The translations under genes and the position numbers were made by a program. 64,000 nucleotides of DNA, from sequence record NZ_LR134454.1, one strand, 5' to 3'. Shown piece after piece: positions 17,277-26,526 of this stretch (positions within the stretch are counted from its first letter, which is position 1; each line of letters begins with the position of its first letter). Source of the DNA: a plasmid. The notes under the pieces are model-generated. The model was given only the letters and a program-made list of their open reading frames with translations, searched no databases and was not told the DNA's origin.

Positions 17277-18758
17277 TTAACCGGTTCCCGGGGTCCCACT
17301 GAGGAGGCGAGCGGGAACGGGCTGGTCGGCGGCGAGCAGGCCGAAGAACTCGTCCGTGTTCTTGCCCCACGCGAGGGAGTCCCCATCGCTGGTGTACTCG
17401 CTGCCCGCGGTGGGGGTCGTGGTGGTCACGGTGCTGCCGCTCATCGCCCACGCGAGGCGCGCGAGGTCCCACAGGTGCGTGTCCTTGTCGACAGACAGCG
17501 CCTCGACCACCGCGTTGGACAGGCCCCACATCTCGAACGGGTTCAGCAGCGTCGTCGGCGAGGTCGCCTCCTTGAACAGCGCCGACATGAACTCGCGCTG
17601 GTGCACCACCCGATCGAGGTCGGCGTTCGGGGTGGCGCGGGTGCGGACGTAGCCGAGGGCCTGCGCGCCGTCGAGCGTCTGGCAGCCCGCCTTGATCCGC
17701 AGGCCCGCCTTCGGGTCGTTGATCGGGTACTTCGGGCACATCTCGACACCGCCGATGGCGTCGACCATGGTCGCGAAGCCGCCGAAACCGATCTCCGCGT
17801 AGTGGTCGATGCGCAGGCCGGCGGCCTTCTCGAAGGTCTGCACGAGCAGCTGCGCGCCGGCCGCGTCGCCGTTGCCCGACGTGCTGCCGAGGAAGTAGGC
17901 GGCGTTGATCTTGTGCCCGCCCTGCCCCGGGATCTGCACGTAGAGGTCGCGGGGGATCGAGACCACGGTCGCGTCGCCGGACTTCGGAACGTGCACCAGC
18001 ATGATCGTGTCGGTGCGGGCGCCGCCCAGGTCGCCGCCGGTGGCGAGCGCCTTCTGTTGCGCGGGGGTGAGGCCCTCGCGGGCGTCGGTGCCCACGAGCA
18101 GCCAGTTCGTGCCCGGCGTGTCGGCGACGCGGCCCGCGTACGAGGCGAGGGCGTCGATCCGCGTGAGCTTGCCGTCGAAATAGATCGTGCCCGCGACCGT
18201 GCCCACGAGCAGAAGCACGAGGAAGACGCCCAGCCAGCGGAAGGGGTGCAGCTTGCGCTTGCGCCGGACCTTCTTCGGCGCGGGGGCCTGGGGTGCGGGG
18301 GCGGCGGACCGTCGACCGGGCTCCCGGTCCCGGCTGCGGTTCTTGGTGCGCGGCGGGCGCGGGGGCGGGGGGACGCGCCCGTCGCTGCTGCCCCGGGCCC
18401 CGACGGGGCGCTTGACCTCGCTCGCGGGGACGGGCTCGGGTTCCTGACGGGGCGCCCAAGCCCGGCGGGGCTGCGGCTGCGGCTGCGGCCGCTCGACGCG
18501 GGTGGCGCGGGGCTGGGCGGGCGCGGGCGGCTGCGGCGCCCCCTGCGGTGGCCCGGGCCGACGGGGCGGTTGCTGCGCCGCGCGCGGCTGCGGCTGCGGG
18601 GGCGGGCCGGGCCGCTGGCCCGGTCGCGGGCGGGGGATGCCCTGCGGGTGCCGGGGCGCGCGGGAGCGCGGGTCGCCCTCGGGGACCTGCGACCAGGCGA
18701 GGTTCCGCTCGTCGCGCGGTCGTTCGTCGTTCACGCACATCGACTGTACGGGCCGCAA
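17277..18758 (-). CDS. LCP-family (LytR-CpsA-Psr) cell-wall polymer transferase with Pro-rich cytoplasmic tail
   Basis: A Pro/Gln-rich N-terminus, one TM helix, then an LCP catalytic domain (DTIMLVHV…RDLYV…). Mycobacterial Lcp1 ligates arabinogalactan to peptidoglycan. Confidence 0.8.
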   Translation of the reverse strand: MRPVQSMCVNDERPRDERNLAWSQVPEGDPRSRAPRHPQGIPRPRPGQRPGPPPQPQPRAAQQPPRRPGPPQGAPQPPAPAQPRATRVERPQPQPQPRRAWAPRQEPEPVPASEVKRPVGARGSSDGRVPPPPRPPRTKNRSRDREPGRRSAAPAPQAPAPKKVRRKRKLHPFRWLGVFLVLLLVGTVAGTIYFDGKLTRIDALASYAGRVADTPGTNWLLVGTDAREGLTPAQQKALATGGDLGGARTDTIMLVHVPKSGDATVVSIPRDLYVQIPGQGGHKINAAYFLGSTSGNGDAAGAQLLVQTFEKAAGLRIDHYAEIGFGGFATMVDAIGGVEMCPKYPINDPKAGLRIKAGCQTLDGAQALGYVRTRATPNADLDRVVHQREFMSALFKEATSPTTLLNPFEMWGLSNAVVEALSVDKDTHLWDLARLAWAMSGSTVTTTTPTAGSEYTSDGDSLAWGKNTDEFFGLLAADQPVPARLLSGTPGTG

Positions 18759-18800
18759 CTGAGAAATCGTCTCAGCGCGTGATCCGGGTCGCAGGCCGGG

Positions 18801-19580
18801 TCAGCCGAGGAAGCCCAGGTGCGGGCGGAGCAGCGCGTAGCCGACGAAGGCCACGACATCGAGCAGGAAGTGGGCGACGACCAGCGGCCACAGCTTCCGC
18901 CAGCGGTCGTACGCGGCGCCGAAGATCACGCCCATCACCAGGTTCCCCAGACCCGCGCCGAAGCCCTGGTAGAGGTGGTACGAGCCGCGGAGCACCGAGG
19001 ACGCCGCGATGGAACCGGCCCGCCCGACGCCGAGCTGCCGCAGCCGGGTCATGAGGTAGCCGACGACGACGACCTCCTCGGCGACGGCGTTCCCGGCCGC
19101 GAGCAGGACGTACGTGAGGATCCGCCACCACTGCACGTCGCCCGACGCCGGTACGACGCTCGCGGTGACGCCCAGCGCGCGGCCGGCCGCGTACAGCGCC
19201 AGGCCGGGGATGCCGATGAGCGCCGCGAGGCCGGTGCCCAGCCCGATGTCGCGCAGCAGCTCCCGCCGCGGCCGGCGCAGCGCGAAGCCGATGTCGGCGA
19301 ACCGGATCCCGGAGCGGTACAGCAGGTACAGCGCCAGCGCGGCCCAGCCGAAGAGCTGCACCGCGCCGAGGACCTGGAGCAGGAAGTCGATCACCGCGTG
19401 CGGGCTGCGGACGGGGTTGAGCGTCACCGTCGTCCCGCGGACCCCGGGGCCGAGCTGATAGCCGATGAGGCGGACCGTCGAATACAGTCCCGACCAGGCT
19501 AAAGTCACCAGCAGCACGATCGCGACCTCGGCGCGCAGCGGGCGCCGCTCGGCGGTCGGGACGGGCTCGGGGGCGCTCAC
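18801..19580 (-). CDS. CPBP-family intramembrane glutamic endopeptidase (CAAX protease)
   Basis: Motifs EEVVVVGY, FxxxH (SYHLY) and HFLLD. Confidence 0.8.
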   Translation of the reverse strand: MSAPEPVPTAERRPLRAEVAIVLLVTLAWSGLYSTVRLIGYQLGPGVRGTTVTLNPVRSPHAVIDFLLQVLGAVQLFGWAALALYLLYRSGIRFADIGFALRRPRRELLRDIGLGTGLAALIGIPGLALYAAGRALGVTASVVPASGDVQWWRILTYVLLAAGNAVAEEVVVVGYLMTRLRQLGVGRAGSIAASSVLRGSYHLYQGFGAGLGNLVMGVIFGAAYDRWRKLWPLVVAHFLLDVVAFVGYALLRPHLGFLG

Positions 19581-19644
19581 CGGGACACCCTAACCGGGCA
19601 CCGTTACGATTGCCCGGTCCTGCAGCGAGTGAAGGGGTCCCAGC

Positions 19645-21108
19645 GTGTCCGCTCCCACCACCGAGCCCCAGCTGGGGCCCATCGACCGGTACTTCCGCAT
19701 CTCCGAGCGCGGTTCGACGGTGCCCCGCGAGCTCCGCGGCGGGCTCGTCACGTTCTTCACGATGGCCTACATCGTGGTGCTCAACCCGATCATCATCGGC
19801 GGCGTCGTCGGCAACAGCAAGAACGTCGACGTGCTCGGCAACGTGCTGCCCACCGCGCAGGTCGCCGCCGTCACCGCGCTCGCCGCGGGCCTGATGTGCA
19901 TCGTCTTCGGCGCGATCGTCAACTACCCCTTCGGCATCGCCGCCGGCCTCGGCGTGAACAGCCTCCTGGCCGTGAGCATCGCGCCGCAGGTCACCTGGCC
20001 CGAGGCCATGGGACTCGTGGTGATCGACGGCATCATCATCGTGCTGCTCGGCGTCACCGGCTTCCGCACCGCCGTCTTCCGCGCCATCCCCGCCGAGCTC
20101 AAGGCCGCGATCGCCGCCGGTATCGGCTGCTTCATCGCGTTCATCGGCTTCGTCGACGCGGGCTTCGTCCGGCGCATCCCCGACGCGGCCGGCACGACGG
20201 TGCCCGTCGGCCTCGGCATCGGCAACTCCGTCGCCGCCTGGCCGACCGCGGTCTTCGTCTTCGGCGTGCTGCTCATCGGCGTGCTCGTGGTCCGCAAGGT
20301 GCCCGGCGCGATCCTGCTGGGCATCGTCATCACCACGATCGTCGCCCTGATCGTGCAGAAGGTGGCCGGCCTAGGCCCGTCGTTCAAGGACCCGCACGGC
20401 TGGAGCCTGAACATCCCCGAGCTCCCGTCCTCGCTGGGCGGCCTGCCGGATCTGTCGCTGGTCGGCGAGGTCGACGTCTTCGGCGCGTTCACGCGGATCG
20501 GCGTGCTCGCCGCGTCGGTGCTGGTCTTCGCGCTGGTGCTGTCGAACTTCTTCGACGCCATGGGCACCATCACGGGCCTGACGAAGGAGGCGGACCTGAT
20601 GCGCGAGGACGGCACCGTACCCAACATCGGCAAGGCGCTCGCCGTCGAGGGCGCGGGCGCGATCGTCGGCGGCGGCGCCTCGGCCTCGTCGAACACCGTC
20701 TTCGTGGAGTCCGCCTCGGGCATCGCGGAGGGCGCCCGGACGGGTCTCGCGAACATCGTGACCGGCGTGCTGTTCCTCGCCGCGATGTTCTTCACCCCGC
20801 TCTACGAGGTGGTCCCGTCCGAGGCCGCCGCTCCCGCGCTGGTCATCGTGGGCGCCATGATGCTGGGCCAGCTCAAGGACATCGACTGGACCAAGTTCTA
20901 CGTGGTCCTGCCCGTGTTCCTCACCGTGGTCTCGATGCCGTTCACCTACTCGATCGCGAACGGCATCGGCATCGGCTTCATCACCTGGGTCGTGATGGCC
21001 GTGGCGCGCGGGAAGGCCAAGGAGGTCCACCCGCTGCTCTGGATCGTCTCCGGGCTGTTCCTGTTGTACTTCGCCAAGGAGCCGATCGAGGTGCTGTTCG
21101 GGATCTGA
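19645..21108 (+). CDS. NCS2-family purine permease (AzgA/PbuG-like guanine/hypoxanthine permease)
   Basis: 487 aa with 13–14 TM helices and an AzgA-like conserved N-terminus (VLNPIIIGG). Confidence 0.85.
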   Translation: MSAPTTEPQLGPIDRYFRISERGSTVPRELRGGLVTFFTMAYIVVLNPIIIGGVVGNSKNVDVLGNVLPTAQVAAVTALAAGLMCIVFGAIVNYPFGIAAGLGVNSLLAVSIAPQVTWPEAMGLVVIDGIIIVLLGVTGFRTAVFRAIPAELKAAIAAGIGCFIAFIGFVDAGFVRRIPDAAGTTVPVGLGIGNSVAAWPTAVFVFGVLLIGVLVVRKVPGAILLGIVITTIVALIVQKVAGLGPSFKDPHGWSLNIPELPSSLGGLPDLSLVGEVDVFGAFTRIGVLAASVLVFALVLSNFFDAMGTITGLTKEADLMREDGTVPNIGKALAVEGAGAIVGGGASASSNTVFVESASGIAEGARTGLANIVTGVLFLAAMFFTPLYEVVPSEAAAPALVIVGAMMLGQLKDIDWTKFYVVLPVFLTVVSMPFTYSIANGIGIGFITWVVMAVARGKAKEVHPLLWIVSGLFLLYFAKEPIEVLFGI

Positions 21109-21114
21109 CGGGAG

Positions 21115-21954
21115 CTACCTCCCGTCGCCGCCGGAGGGGTCGCCCGACGGTGCCTGATCGTCGAGCCTCGGCGCGCGGCCGCGGCCCGCCTTCTCGGCGG
21201 CCTTCGCGTCCTTCTCCGCCTGCTTGGCGATGGCCTTGGCCTCCTTCTCGACGGCCTTCTGCTGCTTCTTCTTCGCACGCTTGCGGCGCTGTACCTCGAG
21301 GAAGATCGCGAGAGCGATCGCGGCGACCACGCCGATGACGACGCCGATCAGCGTGGACCAGCGGAAGCCGGCGGCGTTCTGGTCGAGCTTGGTGCGGGCG
21401 TAGTTCGCGCCGCTGCCGGTGCCGATGGCGACGGCCAGGGTCATGAGGTTCGGCACCGCCACGACCACGGCGATGAGCCCCAGGACGGTCGCGATCTTCG
21501 GGTGGCTGGCCGCACGCTTCGCTGCGGACCACAGGATCAGGAGGGGGAGCCCGGCGCAGAGGAAGCCGATGCCCAACCCGAAGACGGTGCCCTTGAGGGT
21601 GCCGCCGTCGGTGCCGACCCAGCCGACGAGCATGTCCGCCCACTTGCGCGGGAGGTACGCGGCGAGCGCGAAGTAGGCGGCGATCAGCACCGCCACGAGG
21701 ATCGCGGCGACGATCGCGCGCTTGAGCCACTTCTTCGCAGCATCGCCCGCGCGGGTGGCGGCGTCGCCGGCCGCGGTCTTCGCTCGCGTGGCCACGTCGT
21801 CCGCGTGGGTCTTGGCGCGGGTGGTCGCGTCGTCGACGTGGGTCCTCGCGCGGGTCGCCGCGTCGTCGACGTGCGTCTTCGCGCGCGCGGCGAAAGCGGG
21901 CTTCGACTCGCCTTCGGGCTGGTCGGGGGTCGGATCGTCCGGTGTGGCGCTCAT
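21115..21954 (-). CDS. hypothetical membrane protein with N-terminal 11-aa tandem repeats (THVDDAATRAK)x4–5 and C-terminal K/A-rich tail
   Basis: Repeats AKTHVDDAATRARTHVDDATTRAKTHADDVATRAKTAAGDAATRA. 5–6 TM helices. Confidence 0.6.
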   Translation of the reverse strand: MSATPDDPTPDQPEGESKPAFAARAKTHVDDAATRARTHVDDATTRAKTHADDVATRAKTAAGDAATRAGDAAKKWLKRAIVAAILVAVLIAAYFALAAYLPRKWADMLVGWVGTDGGTLKGTVFGLGIGFLCAGLPLLILWSAAKRAASHPKIATVLGLIAVVVAVPNLMTLAVAIGTGSGANYARTKLDQNAAGFRWSTLIGVVIGVVAAIALAIFLEVQRRKRAKKKQQKAVEKEAKAIAKQAEKDAKAAEKAGRGRAPRLDDQAPSGDPSGGDGR

Positions 21955-21994
21955 CGCACCAATCTATCCCGTCCTTTGCCGACGCACATGGTGT

Positions 21995-22016
21995 ACGTTT
22001 GTACATGTACAGACGT
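21995..22016. promoter_or_regulatory. imperfect 22-bp palindrome ACGTTTGTACA·TGTACAGACGT, candidate TetR operator
   Basis: Lies 17 nt upstream of the AAGGAG ribosome-binding site of the TetR gene at 22033. 10 of 11 arm positions match. Confidence 0.4.
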
Positions 22017-22032
22017 CCATAAGGAGTGAACG

Positions 22033-22599
22033 ATGACCGCAGCACCCCGCCGCCGCGACCCCGAGCGCCGCCGCCGCGAGATCGTCGAGGCTGCCGCGGC
22101 GATCGTCGTGGAGCTGGGCCCCGACGCGCTGACCCACCGCAAGGTCGCCGCGCGCGCCGGCGTGCCGCTCGGTTCGACGACCCAGTACTTCGCGACGCTC
22201 GATGACCTGCGGGCCGCCGCACTGTCCTCCCTGATCCTCGAGGCGGAGCAATGGCTCGATGCGCTGGAGGAGACCTTCGTGCGGGAGGGGGCTTCGCCGT
22301 CGGCCTACGCGGCCGCGGTGCACCGCTACCTGTGCGACCCCCAGCTCGTCGGGGCTGATTTCGCCCTGACCTGCGCCGCGCCCCTGCATCCCGGGCTCAA
22401 GGAGCTCAGCGACCGGTGGGCGGCGGACTTCGCCGAGACGCTCGAGCGGTACGTCACGCCCGAGAGCGCCGCCGCCGTCGGCATGTTCACGGACGGCGCG
22501 ACCATGCACACCACCCTCACCGGGCAGCCGGCCGACCCGGGACTGCTCGACCGCGCGATCACCGCGCTCTGGAAGCCACGACAGGAGACGACGGAATGA
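22033..22599 (+). CDS. TetR-family transcriptional regulator
   Basis: HTH region LTHRKVAARAGVPLGSTTQYF. Coupled (ATGA) to the downstream MFS gene. Confidence 0.85.
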   Translation: MTAAPRRRDPERRRREIVEAAAAIVVELGPDALTHRKVAARAGVPLGSTTQYFATLDDLRAAALSSLILEAEQWLDALEETFVREGASPSAYAAAVHRYLCDPQLVGADFALTCAAPLHPGLKELSDRWAADFAETLERYVTPESAAAVGMFTDGATMHTTLTGQPADPGLLDRAITALWKPRQETTE

Positions 22600-24125
22600 C
22601 CGACATCCAGACCCCGCCGGTGGCGTCCGCCACGCGACGGTGGGCGGCGGCCCTCCTGCTCTCGGCGAGCCTGCTCGTCATCACCGTGGACATGACGATC
22701 CTCAACATCGCCGTCCCCGATCTTGCGGCCGACTTGCGACCGACCGCCGCGCAGCAGCTGTGGATCATCGACGTCTACTCGCTGGTGCTCGCGGGCCTGC
22801 TCGTGTCGACGAGTTCGCTCGGGGATCGCTTCGGGCGCAAGCGGATGCTGCTCCTCGGCTACGTCGTGTTCGGCGTCGCGTCGGCCTTGGTGCTGTGGGC
22901 GGAGACGCCCGGCCAGGTGATCGCGCTGCGCGCGGCGCTCGGCGTCGGCGGCGCGATGATCATGCCCACCACGCTGACGATGTTGCGCGTGATCTTCACC
23001 GATCCCGCGGAGCGCGCGAAGGCCCTCGGCCTGTGGGCCGCGGTCTCGGGCGTCGGCGCCGCGGTCGGCCCGATCGTGGGCGGCGTCCTGCTCGAGAACT
23101 TCTCCTGGCGCGCGGCTTTCATGGTCAACGTGCCCATCATGGCCGTCGTGCTGATCATCGGGATCTTCCTGCTCCCCGAGTCGAAGGTCGCGACGACCGG
23201 GGCGTGGGACTGGCTCGGCGCGCTCATGTCGATCACCGGGATGGTGGCGCTGGTCTGGGCCATCAAACGGTTCGCCAAGGATCACACGTTGCTGTCGGGT
23301 CCGGGCCTCCTCGCGCTGCTGCTCGCGGTCGTCGTGCTCGGACTGTTCGTCCGGCGGTCGCTGCGCCGCGCGAACCCGCTGCTCGACGTGCGGCTGTTCG
23401 AGCGCCGGCAGTTCTCCGCGGGCATCCTCGCGGCGCTGGGCGTGATGTTCGCGATGGCCGCGGCCCTGCTGCTGCTCGCGCAGTGGATGCAGCTCGTCGC
23501 GGGCTACGGGCCCATCGAGACCGGCGTGCGGCTGTTGCCCGTCGCCGTGGCCGCGGTCGTCGCGTCGCTGGCCGCGCCGTGGTTGGCGAACGTGCTGGGT
23601 GCCCGGGTGGTGCTCGCGGGCGGCCTGGTCGCGGCGGCGATCGGGATGGTGCTCATCGCCGCCCCTGCGCAGCTGGACTACGTGGGACTGTTGGCGCCGC
23701 TGGTCCTCGTGGGCCTCGGCATGGGCGCGATGACGGTGGCCTCCGCGATGATCATGTCGGGCACGCCGGAGGAGAAGGCGGGCAACGCCGCCGCGCTCGA
23801 GGAGACCAGCTACGACCTGGGCAACGTGCTCGGCGTCGCGATCCTCGGCAGCGTCGCGGCGATGCTCTACACCGCCGACGCCGACTTCGGTTCGATCCCC
23901 GGGGTCGACGCCGCCACGGCGGGCGCGGCCGGGGAGTCACTGGGCGCCGCGATGGCGATCGCCCAGCAGGCAGGCCTGCCCGCCCTCGCCGAGCACGCGA
24001 CCACCGGCTTCACCGCGTCGCTGCAGACCACCGGCCTCGTCGGCGGCGTCATCCTGCTCGCCGTCGCCGTGGGCGTCTACGCGCTCACGCCGAAGGGCAC
24101 CGACATCACGCAGCAGGCGCACTGA
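22596..24125 (+). CDS. MFS transporter, DHA2 (14-TMS EmrB/QacA) drug-efflux family
   Basis: Internal ATG at 22596 overlaps the TetR stop. Motif A-like GDRFGRKRML. 14 TM helices. Confidence 0.85.
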   Translation: MTDIQTPPVASATRRWAAALLLSASLLVITVDMTILNIAVPDLAADLRPTAAQQLWIIDVYSLVLAGLLVSTSSLGDRFGRKRMLLLGYVVFGVASALVLWAETPGQVIALRAALGVGGAMIMPTTLTMLRVIFTDPAERAKALGLWAAVSGVGAAVGPIVGGVLLENFSWRAAFMVNVPIMAVVLIIGIFLLPESKVATTGAWDWLGALMSITGMVALVWAIKRFAKDHTLLSGPGLLALLLAVVVLGLFVRRSLRRANPLLDVRLFERRQFSAGILAALGVMFAMAAALLLLAQWMQLVAGYGPIETGVRLLPVAVAAVVASLAAPWLANVLGARVVLAGGLVAAAIGMVLIAAPAQLDYVGLLAPLVLVGLGMGAMTVASAMIMSGTPEEKAGNAAALEETSYDLGNVLGVAILGSVAAMLYTADADFGSIPGVDAATAGAAGESLGAAMAIAQQAGLPALAEHATTGFTASLQTTGLVGGVILLAVAVGVYALTPKGTDITQQAH

Positions 24126-24169
24126 CCCGGGCGGCTCACGATGTCGGGTTTCGGTGAGGAGGACGTGCG

Positions 24170-25135
24170 TCAGAACACCTCCGTGTCATCAGAACTCGAG
24201 ATCCTGAGCCGACTCGTCCGGGGCGCGCGATGGCGCCGCGTGCGCACGAGGTCCATGATGTCGGCGAACACCGCGTCCCAGCCGAACATCACCTCGGCGT
24301 AGTCGATCCGCAGCACGCGGTAGCCGCTCATCGTCGCGACGCGATCCCGCCGGTTGTCCTCGGTGCGCTGCGCATCGTTGTGGAACTCCCGGCTGTCGCA
24401 CTCGAGGATCAGCTTCTCGCCGACGAGCAGGTCCACGCGGCCGAGCCCCTCGATCACCACCTGACTGCGCACCAGGACGTGGTGGTTCTGGAGCCGGATG
24501 CGGGTCACGGACTCGGTGCCGGAGCCCGCCAGCGGGTCGAGGCGATCGAGCAGGCGCAGCACGCGCTGTGGCGCGCCGTCGAGGATCTCCCGCAGGTCGG
24601 CCTCGGAGTACGGATTCGGCATCCGCAGCGTCGAATCCAGCACCGCCACCAGGTAGTCATCGGACAGGCAGTTGGCCGCGCACTGCAGCGCCACGGGAAG
24701 GGGATCGACCGATCGGGCCGGCGTAGCCAGCCCGTGGTGCGAGTGGCAGCGGGCGGAGCGATCGGTCGAGCCGGGTGTGCTCGGCGTTCCGCCCGCTCGA
24801 CCGCGCGCCCGCCCCGTCCTGGCGCGGCTCGCCGCTGCCGCCGGCGCGCGGTGCACCGGCCAGCGGACGTGGCTGCGGGTGATGCCGGGCGGGACCCAGA
24901 CGCCCGGGGCGAACCGCAGAGCGGAGACGCAGGTCAGCGCGGCACCGCTGCGTACCGCCGCCACGACCGCGGGATCCGCCCCCGTGATCGCGTACCAACC
25001 CCGCCGGATCACCGTGAGGGTGCCGGCGTGGCGCAGGGCGCTGATCTCCCGCGGATCGGCGCCGTGCGCGATCAGCCGTGCCCGGGAGACGACGCCGCCG
25101 TCCGCAAGGGCGGCGATCAGCTCGATGAGGTCCAT
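24170..25135 (-). CDS. DUF559 endonuclease-domain protein with AbiEi_4-like N-terminal domain
   Basis: C-terminus SGTESVTRIRL…VDLLVGEKLILECDSREFHND…YRVLRIDYAEV matches the DUF559 (Vsr-like PD-(D/E)XK) pattern. The N-terminus MDLIELIAALADGGVVSRARL is AbiEi_4-like. Confidence 0.7.
   Translation of the reverse strand: MDLIELIAALADGGVVSRARLIAHGADPREISALRHAGTLTVIRRGWYAITGADPAVVAAVRSGAALTCVSALRFAPGVWVPPGITRSHVRWPVHRAPAAAASRARTGRARGRAGGTPSTPGSTDRSARCHSHHGLATPARSVDPLPVALQCAANCLSDDYLVAVLDSTLRMPNPYSEADLREILDGAPQRVLRLLDRLDPLAGSGTESVTRIRLQNHHVLVRSQVVIEGLGRVDLLVGEKLILECDSREFHNDAQRTEDNRRDRVATMSGYRVLRIDYAEVMFGWDAVFADIMDLVRTRRHRAPRTSRLRISSSDDTEVF
24189..24207. repeat. 19-bp repeat cagaactcgagatcctgag (18/19 identical to 25285–25303), inside the 3' end of the DUF559 gene
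   Basis: Seen in the sequence. The shared 14-mer cagaactcgagatc is exact at both sites. Confidence 0.7.
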
Positions 25136-25237
25136 GCCGCAACGGTGCCCCGCCGCACGGGCGCGGCCGCCCGGCCGAGGGCGGTCATCCCCAATAAGCG
25201 TACGAAACCTTCGTCCGGCCGCCGACTACTTCACAAT

Positions 25238-25303
25238 GTCGAGTTCTGCGAGGGTGCGTGTGCGTGGGAGCACGTCCACCGCTGCAGAACTCGAGATCGT
25301 GAG
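25238..25303. repeat. palindrome gtcgagttctgc–(34 nt)–gcagaactcgag, partly overlapping the second copy of the 19-bp direct repeat (25285–25303)
   Basis: Seen in the sequence (11/12 arm match). Located in the intergenic region between DUF559 gene 1 and the DUF2470 gene. Confidence 0.7.
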
Positions 25304-25307
25304 GAGA

Positions 25308-26042
25308 TCAGCTCGCGCGGAGGCCGTTGAGGAAGGGGCAGCCCAGCAGGATGCGGATGCCGCGCTGCAGGGCGGCCATGTCGTGGGCGGGCTGTGCGAA
25401 GTTCAGCCGCACGTCGACGTCGGAGAGCTCGTGGTGCTCGGCGCGCAGGCGGATGCCGAAGCGGTCGATGCCCAGCAGCCGGATCCGGTGGTTGCGCAGC
25501 TTGCCCGGCAGGCGGCGGGCGAGCTGCCCGACCATCTCCGGGTGGCCGCTCTCGACGTGAGCGAGCCACGCGATCTCATAGCCCGCGAAGGGATCCGGCT
25601 CGGCGGCGGCCAGTTCCTCGCCCGTCACCGACGAGGCGCCCGCGGCGTCGGCGAGGACGGCCGTCTCGATCGGCATGGTCAGCAGCCGGGAGCCGTTGCC
25701 CACGTCGAGCAGTTCCTCGAGCGGGTTGTCCACGGCGACGCGGGCGGCGAGGGCCGCGCCGTCGGCCACCTCGGACAGGCGGCCGGAGAGCCAGACGAGG
25801 GAGCGGGTGCGCTCGCGCAGCGGCAGCGGCGAGATGTCGTTGATCTCGACCATGGCGCGCACGCCCTCGAGCCACGGGACGTCGTCGGGGACGGCCACCA
25901 CGAGCCGGTCGCCCAGTACGTGGTGCAGCGCGACGGTGATCGGCTCGTAGCCGTCCGCCGCGAGGACCGCGGCATGGGGGACGGCCGCGATGGTGCGGAC
26001 GCGCTCGGCCGGTGTCGGCTCGGCGATGGTCGGGGCGCTCAT
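25308..26042 (-). CDS. DUF2470-like conserved hypothetical protein
   Basis: 244 aa. No catalytic motif. The tentative family call rests on the overall pattern only. Confidence 0.5.
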   Translation of the reverse strand: MSAPTIAEPTPAERVRTIAAVPHAAVLAADGYEPITVALHHVLGDRLVVAVPDDVPWLEGVRAMVEINDISPLPLRERTRSLVWLSGRLSEVADGAALAARVAVDNPLEELLDVGNGSRLLTMPIETAVLADAAGASSVTGEELAAAEPDPFAGYEIAWLAHVESGHPEMVGQLARRLPGKLRNHRIRLLGIDRFGIRLRAEHHELSDVDVRLNFAQPAHDMAALQRGIRILLGCPFLNGLRAS

Positions 26043-26126
26043 GACGACTCCTCTCGCTCGGTGGTTGTCATGAAGGTAACCCTAACCTAATGCGGTGAGC
26101 AACCCCGGGCAAGAGTTAGGGTCACT

Positions 26127-26525
26127 GTGATGGCGATCGAACTGGAGTTGCTCGCGCCCCCGCGCGAGCCGATGTCCCTGGTCGACGGTCTGGCTGTGGC
26201 GGTACCGTCGGACCGCCCGAGCTGCACCTACGCGCCCGGCGATCCCACGGCGCTCGCGGAGTTCCTCGTGCACGGCGTGCACGACGAGGGGCCCGGCTTC
26301 GAGATCGCGGTGGCGAACGCCGACGAGGCCGTGGCGGTCCTGTGCGCCACCGTCGCGGCGCTGACCGGCGACGACATCCCGGCCGCCCTCGCCGCACCCG
26401 ACGAGGCGCGGCTGGCCGCGCTCAACCCCATGGCGCAGGACGCGGTGCGTGAGCGACTGCGCCACGTCGTGACGCCCGACCCGCAGGCGCTCACCGACCG
26501 CCTGCACGCGCTGGGCCTGCGGTAA
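26127..26525 (+). CDS. hypothetical protein (132 aa)
   Basis: ORF with high GC3. No known motif. Confidence 0.45.
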   Translation: MMAIELELLAPPREPMSLVDGLAVAVPSDRPSCTYAPGDPTALAEFLVHGVHDEGPGFEIAVANADEAVAVLCATVAALTGDDIPAALAAPDEARLAALNPMAQDAVRERLRHVVTPDPQALTDRLHALGLR

Positions 26526-26526
26526 C

